Source of the DNA: Candidatus Methanomethylophilaceae archaeon
Lineage (GTDB): Archaea > Thermoplasmatota > Thermoplasmata > Methanomassiliicoccales > Methanomethylophilaceae
Reading direction: 5' to 3'
Length of the DNA stretch: 64,000 bases
NCBI GenBank assembly: GCA_050944155.1
Contig: JBMNQN010000004.1
Span: 1 to 64,000 of the forward strand
Positions 37,076 to 46,021 of the stretch are shown piece by piece. The translations under genes were made by a program, and so were the position numbers. The first letter of the stretch is position 1, and every line of letters begins with the position of its first letter. A model generated the notes under the pieces. That model saw nothing but the letters and a program-made list of their open reading frames with translations. It did not search any database and was not told the DNA's origin.

Positions 37076-38179
37076 ATGGGGAAACAGCCAAGCCTCGACC
37101 AGGAGGTCATGGACAGGCAGAGACTGAAGAGAACGGCCCCCAAGGATCTGCACCTTGGAAGGTACCCCTTCAGCGGCGGGATCAGGTACTATGAGGCCAA
37201 GAGGTCCACGAAATACTCCAGATCCACGATGGAAGAGAACGTCCGCAAGCTCCGCATGTTCGCGAGGATCTTCGAGGAGATGAAGAAGAACGGACTGGTT
37301 AGGACCACCGACCCCAGGTGCATCGACTCGTACGATATTGAGGCCTTCCTGGATTACATGAAGGAAAGGAGACTCGGGATGAATACGAAGGTCAAGTACA
37401 CCAATGTGCTGGAATCGTATCTCGTCACCTTCAACAACTACACCATCGGGGAGATGAAGAGGACCGCAGATTGGCCACTAGCCAGGGACGAGACGGGGGA
37501 GATCTTCTCACTGGAGCTGAATGAGGTCCAGAGGATCTTCGATGCTTTGGATGAATACGAACCCAAATCCGTAAAGAAACTGTGGCACAAGATCGTCCTC
37601 TCAGGCGTCTTCTCCATCATGTTCGGTACCGCCATCAGGCCGAAGGAGATATTCCAGGCCAAGGTCAAGGACATCCATCTGGAGGAGGGCAAGAATGCCT
37701 TCTACGTCGAACATCCGAAGGGCGAGGATTCCTGGGGGAAGAGGGAATGGATCCCGATCATCAGAGGAGATATGGTTGAAAGGATCAAGATCTTCCTCAA
37801 CGAGAGGGCGCAGTTCATCAAGGCCTACCAGCTCCCGGATTCGCAGTACCTGTTCATCAATTTCAGTACTGGACAGCCGTTCACTGGACAGGCCATCAGG
37901 AAGATGAAGTCGGAGATCGAGAAGTTATCCGGCGTCAAATTCAAACTGAAGGACTTCAGAGCAACTTATGCCACCCTGACCGCTGAGAACGATATGGACA
38001 GGTTGAAGAACGTATCCGTCCAGCTCAGGCACAAGAGCGTAGAGACCACCGAAGGTTACTACCTCCGTCTCAGGAGGATGAAGGCACAGAAGAAGATCGC
38101 CGACGTCTGGGAGGAAACCGCGATAGTCGATTCCAAGAAGAAAAGGAAAGAGGAAGAGGAAGGAGGTGAGGACGAATGA
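37076..38179 (+). CDS. Tyrosine recombinase/integrase
   Basis: AIRPKE (R), KDFRATY (K-x-x-R), LRH...TEGYY (H, Y). Confidence 0.92.
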   Translation: MGKQPSLDQEVMDRQRLKRTAPKDLHLGRYPFSGGIRYYEAKRSTKYSRSTMEENVRKLRMFARIFEEMKKNGLVRTTDPRCIDSYDIEAFLDYMKERRLGMNTKVKYTNVLESYLVTFNNYTIGEMKRTADWPLARDETGEIFSLELNEVQRIFDALDEYEPKSVKKLWHKIVLSGVFSIMFGTAIRPKEIFQAKVKDIHLEEGKNAFYVEHPKGEDSWGKREWIPIIRGDMVERIKIFLNERAQFIKAYQLPDSQYLFINFSTGQPFTGQAIRKMKSEIEKLSGVKFKLKDFRATYATLTAENDMDRLKNVSVQLRHKSVETTEGYYLRLRRMKAQKKIADVWEETAIVDSKKKRKEEEEGGEDE

Positions 38180-38790
38180 CCCTTACCGCCCCTCAGCTCT
38201 CCGCCATCGGCAACTACTGGGATAAGAATGGAGAGATCAGATACTACGTCAACAACATCCAGAAGCTGATAGAAGAGAAGATTCCCGACGATCTCCGCGT
38301 GTACGTCGATTCCCTGGAGGAGGTTCATGTCGTGAACTGTTACGACAGGAATCTGAAGGACAAGATTAAGTCCGCTCTCCAGAAACAGATGGAACTCGCT
38401 GCAGACATGTATGTGGTGCAGTTCTATTCCTCATTCGGAAAGGAAGCGACTCTCGTTGAAGATATGCCTTCTGCCGAGAGGATGGCGGAGGAGATCTGGG
38501 AGAGCTATCCCAAGAGCAGGCAGCAGAGGATGGGTCCGGTGAAGATCTTCGAACCGGGCTCGGATACCTCATGCAAGATCTATCCCGGCAGGTTCTCGGT
38601 CGAGACTTTCACTCACGAGGAATATACAAAGGACAGAACAACCAACAGGAAATACTTCGACCGTCAGGAAGACGCCCTTGTATATGGTCTCAGGAGATTC
38701 AAAGACCTGAAATCCAAGGGCAAATACTACGTCCACATCAAGGAGAAGGATCTTGTCATCAAGGCTTACGCACCAGATGTTCCTGAATAA
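38176..38790 (+). CDS. Hypothetical protein
   Basis: SD GGAGGTG, ATGA overlap with integrase; followed by hairpin GTGCC/GGCAC plus T-tract. Confidence 0.7.
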   Translation: MTLTAPQLSAIGNYWDKNGEIRYYVNNIQKLIEEKIPDDLRVYVDSLEEVHVVNCYDRNLKDKIKSALQKQMELAADMYVVQFYSSFGKEATLVEDMPSAERMAEEIWESYPKSRQQRMGPVKIFEPGSDTSCKIYPGRFSVETFTHEEYTKDRTTNRKYFDRQEDALVYGLRRFKDLKSKGKYYVHIKEKDLVIKAYAPDVPE

Positions 38791-38881
38791 ACTATTCGTG
38801 CCTCCGGGCACTTATTTTCTTTCATGTTATCGCCTCTTTTTTTCCCATAACTACTATAACCGAAATTGACCATCTACCATT

Positions 38882-39787
38882 GTGGCCCACGGTAAGACCA
38901 TCAGCATCTTCCTCGTAGATGATGATCCATCATCCAGATGGATCTGCGAACTCTCAAACTGGACTGGTATTGGATTCAGGATTCCGAGGGCTATGCTGGC
39001 CGATTCCAAAGATGTCGATTATCTGGATACTCCAGGCGTTTATTTCCTAATTGGAAGAACAGATGATGATTCCGGATATGCGGTCTATATCGGAGAAACC
39101 GAGGACGTCCACTACCGTTTGATGCAACATTACAACAACGGAGACAAGGAATGGCAGGAATGGAACGAATGTGTTGCATTCTGCAGCAAGGATGCCACAC
39201 TTAACAAGGCCAAGATCAAGTATCTGGAAAACAGACTCTACAACCTTGCTCGTTCTTCCGGAAGATGCAAAGTCATGAATGGAAACGAACCGAAACAATC
39301 CAAACTGTCCATGAAAGACAAAGCAGAGACCGAAGAATATCTGGACAACCTGATTGTCACCTTCGGTGCCATGGGGTACAGGTTCTTACAGAAATATTCG
39401 CCTATTAAACCTATCAAGAAGATTGAATCGAACAGTTCGAACATCGATACTACTGCAAACATTGATTCTGAAACCGTAATCTTCAACTGTACTTGGCCAA
39501 AGATCGGCTGTGATGCACACGGGATTATCGTTCCTGAAGGAATCCTGGTGTTGAAAAACTCCAGAATCAGACATGACACCACCCCTTCCTTCAAGAACAA
39601 GGGATACAATATCCTTAGGGAGAAACTGATTAATGATGGAGTGATCGTCAACGACATTTTCGTCACGGACTATCTGTTCTCATCATACTCTGCAGCCGCC
39701 TCGGTGATATGTGGCAACAGCACCAACGGTAGGCAGGCATGGATCAATGATGACCATCAATCGATAGAGGAATACCTTTCAAATTGA
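38882..39787 (+). CDS. GIY-YIG nuclease with C-terminal DUF4357 domain
   Basis: PGVYFLIG...VYIGE, YLE, FSSYSAAASVICGNSTNGRQAW. Confidence 0.85.
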   Translation: MAHGKTISIFLVDDDPSSRWICELSNWTGIGFRIPRAMLADSKDVDYLDTPGVYFLIGRTDDDSGYAVYIGETEDVHYRLMQHYNNGDKEWQEWNECVAFCSKDATLNKAKIKYLENRLYNLARSSGRCKVMNGNEPKQSKLSMKDKAETEEYLDNLIVTFGAMGYRFLQKYSPIKPIKKIESNSSNIDTTANIDSETVIFNCTWPKIGCDAHGIIVPEGILVLKNSRIRHDTTPSFKNKGYNILREKLINDGVIVNDIFVTDYLFSSYSAAASVICGNSTNGRQAWINDDHQSIEEYLSN

Positions 39788-39816
39788 GTGGACCGTCATT
39801 TTTTACCATTCATTTA

Positions 39817-39925
39817 CCATTGACGAAAATGGATTTGCAACAATTCAATGACCTGTTTTAGAGGGTCATTGAACTCAATTTTTTGATGCTGGCCTATGTT
39901 GTTGCAATGTCGGGGGGGTCCGCCA
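39817..39925. repeat. attR: arm repeats plus displaced tRNA-Arg 3' end
   Basis: TTCAATGACC-N10-GGTCATTGAA inverted repeat; GGGGTCCGCCA pairs with the tRNA 5' strand GGACCCT. Confidence 0.85.
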
Positions 39926-40016
39926 TTTTCGGACGACGGGAGTGTCCGCGACTCCGTAAGAGTTACGGTTTTTGAATTCCGGTCGAAATCCATGTATGGG
40001 TACAGTGAAGTTTGTA

Positions 40017-40811
40017 TCAGAAATTTCTGAGTCTGTACACCGCGGAGGCCGCTATCGTAAGGATCGACCCGTAAATCAGCATAACGGCGGCGGATACGGC
40101 GCTGTCCGGCACATAATGAGGGCGGATTCCGTGGGTATCGTACGTCACGAAGTAGAATCCCTTGCCTATGTCTGAGGATATCGCGTCAATCAGATAAGAG
40201 GGAAGATACCACGGTTCGGACGGGAATACTTCCGGCGCGGGCATCAGAAATATTACCAGTACGGCGAGTGCAAGCATGATTATCACCGAGATGCTGGTTT
40301 TCGGAGAGACCGAACTTATGAAAACGGCAAGTCCGCACGAAAAAAACAGACAGGAGATTGTAAGACCCACAGTGACGGAAAGATCGGGTATTTTTCCGTA
40401 TTCGATTCTTACGACGGTCGCTGCGCATGCGATGTAAATCAATGCAAAAACCGTTCCCACGATAAAAGCTGCCGTGTATTTGGAAGCGAAAACGGTGTAT
40501 CTGCTCACAGGCTTGGAAAGTATAACCGTGCCCGTTCCGGATTCGAACTGGGACGATATGCTGTCGGACAGGAGAATCGCAGGGATTATGAAAACCAGGG
40601 CTGGAACCATGAACAGAAAGGTCTTCATCTTTCTGTCCCAAAGGCTGTCGGCGAATTCCGTGTATAACGGCGGGGCAACCGCCGCCCCCGCGAGCATAAG
40701 CACAGTGACTGCCGCAAGTGCCAGTATTCTCCAGCCGAAGATTACGGACCGCAGTTCGAACAGAAGCATTTTCGGGAACTGTTTCAGCGAAATCTCCGCG
40801 CACGCGTTCAC
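40017..40811 (-). CDS. ABC transporter permease
   Basis: DSISSQFESGT...LSKPVSR...SKY motif; several TMs. Confidence 0.85.
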   Translation of the reverse strand: MNACAEISLKQFPKMLLFELRSVIFGWRILALAAVTVLMLAGAAVAPPLYTEFADSLWDRKMKTFLFMVPALVFIIPAILLSDSISSQFESGTGTVILSKPVSRYTVFASKYTAAFIVGTVFALIYIACAATVVRIEYGKIPDLSVTVGLTISCLFFSCGLAVFISSVSPKTSISVIIMLALAVLVIFLMPAPEVFPSEPWYLPSYLIDAISSDIGKGFYFVTYDTHGIRPHYVPDSAVSAAVMLIYGSILTIAASAVYRLRNF

Positions 40812-41752
40812 TTCGTTTCCTTCAGAATTTCCGAATATGCCGCTTTCAGGCTGTCTTCTCTGTCGTATACGGATCCCACCTCTACGCCCAGTTCCGCCAG
40901 TCTCGGAATGATACCGAAGCGGTCGTCTTCGGATCCTTCGAACAGGATTTCCAGAAAATGTTCTTCCGCAATTACGGACTCCACCCCGGGTATCTTCATA
41001 ATCGCTTCTGCCGTCTGTTCGGAAATACGCTTCCTTATCTCGATGACAATCTTTCTTCCGCTGCGGTGTTTTATCTCTTCCGTTGTGCCGTCTGCGATGA
41101 TTTTTCCTTTATTGAGGACGACGATTCTTTCGCACAGTCCTTCGATTTCGGAAAGGTTGTGACTGCTTATCAGCAGAGTCGTTTTCTTTTCTTCGGTGAT
41201 TTTTGACAGCAGATTTATGAAATCTTCCGCTCCGCCGGGATCCAATCCGGATGTGGGTTCGTCCAGAATAATCAGTCCGGGATCGGAAATCAACGCCTGT
41301 GCCAGACCTATGCGTTGCATCATCCCTTTGGAAAATCCGCCTATTTTTGCGTCGATCCAGTTAATCATGTTTACTTCCGTAAGGACTCTGTTCACGGATG
41401 CCGAAGCACTCTTCCGTGACATTCCGTACAGGTCCGCGACATAAGTCAGAATCTGACGGGGAGTATACTGCTTTCCGAAAGCGGGGGTTTCGATAACCGC
41501 TCCGACATCCGCCAGAGCCGTTACCTGGTCGGCGTGGACGTCGGTTCCGAATACGAAAACGTTTCCGGATGTGGGCCTGAGCAGACCGGTAATCATCTTA
41601 AGCAGTGTGCTTTTTCCGGAACCGTTGGGGCCTAAAAGTCCCACGGTTGTTCCGGGTTCTATGCCGAACGTCAAATCGTTTACGGCAAAAGTTCTGCCGT
41701 AACGGCGCGTAAGTCCTTCGGTGCGTATCGCATCCGTCACGGAGCATCCCAT
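40808..41752 (-). CDS. ABC transporter ATP-binding protein
   Basis: GPNGSGKST, FSKGM, LDEPT, SSH. Confidence 0.93.
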   Translation of the reverse strand: MGCSVTDAIRTEGLTRRYGRTFAVNDLTFGIEPGTTVGLLGPNGSGKSTLLKMITGLLRPTSGNVFVFGTDVHADQVTALADVGAVIETPAFGKQYTPRQILTYVADLYGMSRKSASASVNRVLTEVNMINWIDAKIGGFSKGMMQRIGLAQALISDPGLIILDEPTSGLDPGGAEDFINLLSKITEEKKTTLLISSHNLSEIEGLCERIVVLNKGKIIADGTTEEIKHRSGRKIVIEIRKRISEQTAEAIMKIPGVESVIAEEHFLEILFEGSEDDRFGIIPRLAELGVEVGSVYDREDSLKAAYSEILKETK

Positions 41753-42842
41753 TCCAAGTCCCAGCTTACGTATTTTTGTTCCTGCAGCGTGCCGTCTTCG
41801 TTAAATGTGTACGACCGAACGGTTCCCGATGTTGTCATTTTGATAATTTTTCCTTCTTCTTTTTCGGATATATATTCGGTATACTGTGTCACATTCGAAG
41901 TCACAGTGCTGTAAGTGAAGCCGTCCCCGGAAGATATGGAATAATTTGCGATTCTCACGAACGCCCCCCCTCTTTCTGAGGATTGCAATCCATCAGCGTT
42001 CCTTCGAACGCGTAAGGAAGAACTGTTTTTCCGAGTGCTTCGGTTATTTCGCCGTTGCGGATGTCCAGGCTGCGGTATACCCGTTCATTTTTGACATAGA
42101 AAAAGACCACGGACGAAGTCTGCGGGAATCCGAATTCGTATTCGCAGGCAGTTTCTGTCAGAGGTTCCGGCGTTCCGGTCGTAATCGTACCCTTTGCTCC
42201 GAAATACGGGATCTCGGTTTCGTTATTCCAGTCCGCCCCCCGTCTTATCGGGCCGTTGATGTCCAGTTTGGCGGAAATCTCTGCGGAAACCATGCTCACG
42301 GTTCCGCCGGGTACGGCAAGAGGTCCTTCGTAATTCATCTCGAATCTTACGATGATACCGGAGCTCTTATCTTGATAAATCGTGAAGTTGCTGCTTCCGG
42401 TTTTATAGCTGTATTCTCCGCAATCGGAAGAATATTCGTTGCCGATTCCGTATTTTACGGTTTTTTCTCCTGTAAACGAAACTTCTCCGGGAAGACCCGT
42501 CTTTTTATCGATTGCAATCTGGTAAGTGTTGGAAGAGCCGTAGGCGTATTCCACGGTGAAAATCGTGAAAATGTCGTCGCCGTCGGCGAACATCATTCTG
42601 CCTTCCGACTGGGGCATGGCAAGTTTGTCTTTTGTGTAGGAGTAGCTGAATAAAACGTTGCCGTCGGAGTCGGTTATTCTGCTGTTTTCCGTCGTATATC
42701 TTGCAAAACTCGGCGGCATGATTGAAATTTCGGACCGCAGGTCGTCGTGATGGCTATCGACTGCAACCATCGACGGAACAAGTATGATGAGGATGACGGC
42801 TGCAGACAGAATGGCCGATTTGACGGGCTTCACATGGCGCAC
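41737..42842 (-). pseudogene. Exported protein apparently split by a frameshift at a G7 run (41955-42842 plus 41737-41988)
   Basis: N-terminal signal anchor; frames switch at GGGGGGG (41964-41970); one extra G fuses them. Confidence 0.55.
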
Positions 42843-43036
42843 ACCGTATCGTTTAAGATAAACGTTGTCTAAGTAAAATATATACCCATTATGATTTTAT
42901 TTCGGGGTTGCTTATATGGAAAAATTAGGTGCAATCACGTGATAATTCCACGAAACAAAACCAATCCCGGTTTCGATTGTTGTCGTAACGGCAATGATTT
43001 TTGATTGTTTTTCAATGGATTTTCCAAAATGGAATT

Positions 43037-43561
43037 TCAGTTTTCGGGGTAAGTAATCAGTGAGTCTACTTCGTACCCCTTGAATTTATTCCGTCCTCCG
43101 AGCCCCGCAAGCTCTATGAGGAAACACATTTTGACTACTTTTCCGCCCAGCTGTTCGACCATTTTCACCATGGCTTCCGCGGTTCCTCCGGTTGCGATCA
43201 AATCGTCGATGATTACGACCTTCTGTCCGGGTTTTATGGAATCTTTGTGCATTTCCAGCGTGGCGGTTCCGTATTCCAGATCATATTCCATTTCTATGGT
43301 TTCGCGCGGGAGCTTTCCTTTTTTCCTGACGATGACGAATCCTTTGTGCAGGGCGTAAGCCACAGGAGCCCCGAAAATGAATCCTCTGGATTCTGATCCG
43401 GCAACGACGTCGAAATCGACTCCTTTGAGCATTTCGGCGATACCGTCGACGGCCATCGCAAGTCCGTCTTTATCCTGGAGTACCGTCGTTATGTCTCTAA
43501 AAACCACTCCCTTTTTGGGAAAATCGGGTATTTCCGTTACGTAGTCTTCTACAGTCTTCAT
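43037..43561 (-). CDS. apt: Adenine phosphoribosyltransferase
   Basis: DFPKKGVVFRDIT, ESRGF, RKKGKLP, IDDLIATGGT. Confidence 0.96.
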   Translation of the reverse strand: MKTVEDYVTEIPDFPKKGVVFRDITTVLQDKDGLAMAVDGIAEMLKGVDFDVVAGSESRGFIFGAPVAYALHKGFVIVRKKGKLPRETIEMEYDLEYGTATLEMHKDSIKPGQKVVIIDDLIATGGTAEAMVKMVEQLGGKVVKMCFLIELAGLGGRNKFKGYEVDSLITYPEN

Positions 43562-43599
43562 AAGCCCGAAATTGAAAATTGAATATATAACAACAGCCG

Positions 43600-43807
43600 A
43601 AAAACCCCAGAGGGGTAAAGGTTCCCGGCACAGCCGGGTTTGTTGCGGTCATCAGTCGAGTCTTGCAGACAGCCCGCGTGAAAGGTCAATCAGAGTGAAG
43701 CGCCGACCGGCCTACCTTCTGCTCTTTGTTACCCGTACACATTACTGAGTTGTCTTCGCCGCAGATCCAAGTGTTTTGTCGTTTCCCGATAGTTGCTTAC
43801 CTCCGGT
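43600..43807 (-). ncRNA. Candidate structured ncRNA, family unknown
   Basis: BRE/TATA (GAAAAA...TTATAAAT 43836-43829) upstream, GC-rich hairpins, terminal ACCCC-TCT-GGGGT-TTTT; no canonical-start ORF behind the 5' SD. Confidence 0.5.
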
Positions 43808-43984
43808 ACTATACATTGATTCCCTACTATTTATAACATATGTTTTTCGTTTTCCGTTGAATCTATGATAATAACTACGAAATTCGTAGAAAAGGTTACA
43901 GAAAGCAAATAATGTACTTTTTCGGGAATTACAGCATATTTCAAAAAAATCAAAGAAAAGGCCGGCGGGTGCCGGCAAAAAGTT

Positions 43985-45088
43985 TCAGTTCAGCTGTTCC
44001 GAGCAGTACGGGCAGAACTTCGGGGTCTTCTTAAGCCCGGCAAGACTCTCTCCGCAGTACGGGCAGATTTTGAAAGTTCTGCCCTCTCCGTCGGAAGGAG
44101 CGGGAGCCGCCGCAGGCGCCGCGGGGGCTGCCTGAGCATTTCCGGCTGCAGCCTGCTGCTGGGGCGAAGGTTTTCCGCAGTTTCCGCAGAATCTGTACGG
44201 ATAGTCGTTGGGACTTCCGCAGTACGGACACAGAACTTTCGGAATCTGGTTTCCCTGTTGCTGCTGGGCGGCCTGTTGCTGCTGAAGCTGCTGGTACATC
44301 TGGGGGAACAGAAGCATTCCCGTACCTACAGCCGCGCCCCCGCTGGAGTTTCCGATGGCATCGGCCATACGGTCCATGACTTCGTACCTCTTGAAGGCCT
44401 CACCGTTCTGGGAACTGAACTGGAGATAGTTGAATATCTTCTCCTGATCCTCGTCGGTGGTTCTAAGCTCCGCAATCTTGAACGCCAGAAGTTCGATTCC
44501 CCTCTGTTCGAAGTAAGGCTCTATGAGGGCTTTGGTGGTGGACGAGGCTTTTTCGAGGTTTCCGTAGACTTCCATGTAGTATTGTTTCGTGAGCTGCTGG
44601 GTAATCTGTTCGTTTATGAAACTCTTCATGAAACTGTTGACGTCCGCCGTGCTGTACGAATTCATTCCTCCGATAACCTGGGTGTAGAATATCGACGGGT
44701 CCTTTATGCGGAACTGATAGTCTCCGTTGGACATGAGCACGATGGGAACGTCGTATCCCGGCGCAGCCTTGATCATGCCTCTGATGCCCCACCTTCCGTT
44801 GAACATCTTCAGGGAAACGAAGATTACCTGAACCTTGAACGGCGTCTCTTTGTATCCGAGTGCCAGATTGTACAGTTTGGTAAGCCAGGGGATGTTGGAA
44901 CTGGTCAGTACGTGTCTTCCCGGCTCCAGAACCCCGGTAAGCTGTCCGTCTCTTATGAACAGGGCTACGGCGTGTTCGGGGACGGTCACGGAAGTGACGG
45001 TTCTCAGGTCGTCCCGGTCGTATTTGTAGATGATGTCGTCCGGACCCTGTCCGTCCCAAAATATTACGTTTGTTTTTTTCTCGGCCAT
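43985..45088 (-). CDS. SPFH (band 7, YdjI-like) protein with C-terminal zinc ribbons
   Basis: VTVPEHAVALFIRDG...PGRH.L.SSNIP.L; Q-rich linker; four CxxC pairs. Confidence 0.85.
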   Translation of the reverse strand: MAEKKTNVIFWDGQGPDDIIYKYDRDDLRTVTSVTVPEHAVALFIRDGQLTGVLEPGRHVLTSSNIPWLTKLYNLALGYKETPFKVQVIFVSLKMFNGRWGIRGMIKAAPGYDVPIVLMSNGDYQFRIKDPSIFYTQVIGGMNSYSTADVNSFMKSFINEQITQQLTKQYYMEVYGNLEKASSTTKALIEPYFEQRGIELLAFKIAELRTTDEDQEKIFNYLQFSSQNGEAFKRYEVMDRMADAIGNSSGGAAVGTGMLLFPQMYQQLQQQQAAQQQQGNQIPKVLCPYCGSPNDYPYRFCGNCGKPSPQQQAAAGNAQAAPAAPAAAPAPSDGEGRTFKICPYCGESLAGLKKTPKFCPYCSEQLN

Positions 45089-45093
45089 CGGTA

Positions 45094-45642
45094 TCACTCC
45101 TCTCCGTCCGCGAATCCTTTCATTACGGAGTCTCTGTTTCTGTATTCGTCGATCATGGAATCGACGGCGGTTTCGAGTTTTCTCAGATCTCCTCTGATTG
45201 CGTATTCGCCCCTGTCGATTTTGGCGACGAGTTCCGCAGACTCCTTTCTGAGTCCGGCGGCGCTTTCCACCAGCCGGGCATCCCACATAATCAGCCGATC
45301 CAGTTCCTCTTCCAGAATTTTAACCGAAGAAGACAGTCCGCTGTATCCGCCGGCGGCCTTTTTGACCGAAATGTAATACTGGTCCACTTTCGCTCTGATT
45401 CTTTCGGTGTCTCTGAGCAGTTCCAGATCTCCGGTGACGGCTCTCTGTACCGTACCGAGATCGGATTTGGTTCCTTCCAGGGTCCGGGCAACCTCCTGTC
45501 TTACGGCTCTGTCCTCGTCCCTGCGGAGGTTTTTCTGTTTGTATCCCCTGTATATGGGAATGTAAAGTCCTATGCGTTCTATCATAGACGTGGTGCTTTT
45601 CATCTGGTCTCCGACTTTTTTGTCCAACGTCATTTTTCTCAC
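45094..45642 (-). CDS. Helical hypothetical protein
   Basis: IPIYRGY...RRDEDRAVR, GGYSGL...VKI motifs; operonic. Confidence 0.75.
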   Translation of the reverse strand: MRKMTLDKKVGDQMKSTTSMIERIGLYIPIYRGYKQKNLRRDEDRAVRQEVARTLEGTKSDLGTVQRAVTGDLELLRDTERIRAKVDQYYISVKKAAGGYSGLSSSVKILEEELDRLIMWDARLVESAAGLRKESAELVAKIDRGEYAIRGDLRKLETAVDSMIDEYRNRDSVMKGFADGEE

Positions 45643-46010
45643 TTCCTGTTTTTAACCACCAGCAGTATCGCCAGAACGGCAATCACTATAATCACGATCA
45701 GTGCCACAATCGCCGTTCCCAGTTCCGTATATGTGAGCAGGTATCCCGTCAGGCCTGCCAGAAGCATAACGGACCCGACTGCGAATCTGTAGCTGGATTC
45801 CGAAGGGCCGAAGCCGTCGGATGCGTTGTCGTACAGGAACGACAGAGCCGCAACGGCCCCTCCTGTTATTGCCAGTACGACCCACAGAATCACGTGATAG
45901 CCGTCATCCATCGCGATGTAGGCGGCTACCCCGATTGCCAGGGCAATAATGAACATAATGCCCGTGACGGCGTTCAGATTTCTTTCTGCCAGCATTTTTT
46001 TGTTTACCAT
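45639..46010 (-). CDS. Small 4-TM membrane protein
   Basis: Four hydrophobic segments; SD GAGGT. Confidence 0.8.
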   Translation of the reverse strand: MVNKKMLAERNLNAVTGIMFIIALAIGVAAYIAMDDGYHVILWVVLAITGGAVAALSFLYDNASDGFGPSESSYRFAVGSVMLLAGLTGYLLTYTELGTAIVALIVIIVIAVLAILLVVKNRK

Positions 46011-46021
46011 TTGTTACCTCC

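Larger units (their letters stand above)
21468..39918. mobile_element. tRNA-Arg-integrated element / defence island (~18.4 kb)
   Basis: Begins in tRNA 3' end; displaced native 3' end GGGGGGTCCGCCA at 39913-39925; tyrosine integrase; repeats shared by both ends; accessory gene content. Confidence 0.9.

Noticed and set aside
21468-39918. Provirus or conjugative element
   Set aside because: No recognisable capsid, terminase, VirB4 or relaxase
43742-43800. tmRNA-like tag (GNDKTLGSAA...) in the candidate ncRNA
   Set aside because: No tRNA-like ends or T-arm, the tag does not end in AA-stop, and tmRNA is not known in archaea
43620-43807. RNase P RNA, SRP RNA or hammerhead identity for the ncRNA
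   Set aside because: ACAAACCCGGCT only loosely recalls RNase P CR-V, with no GAGGAAAGTCC or P1-P3; no SRP helix-8 motif; CTGATGA lacks a properly placed GAAA
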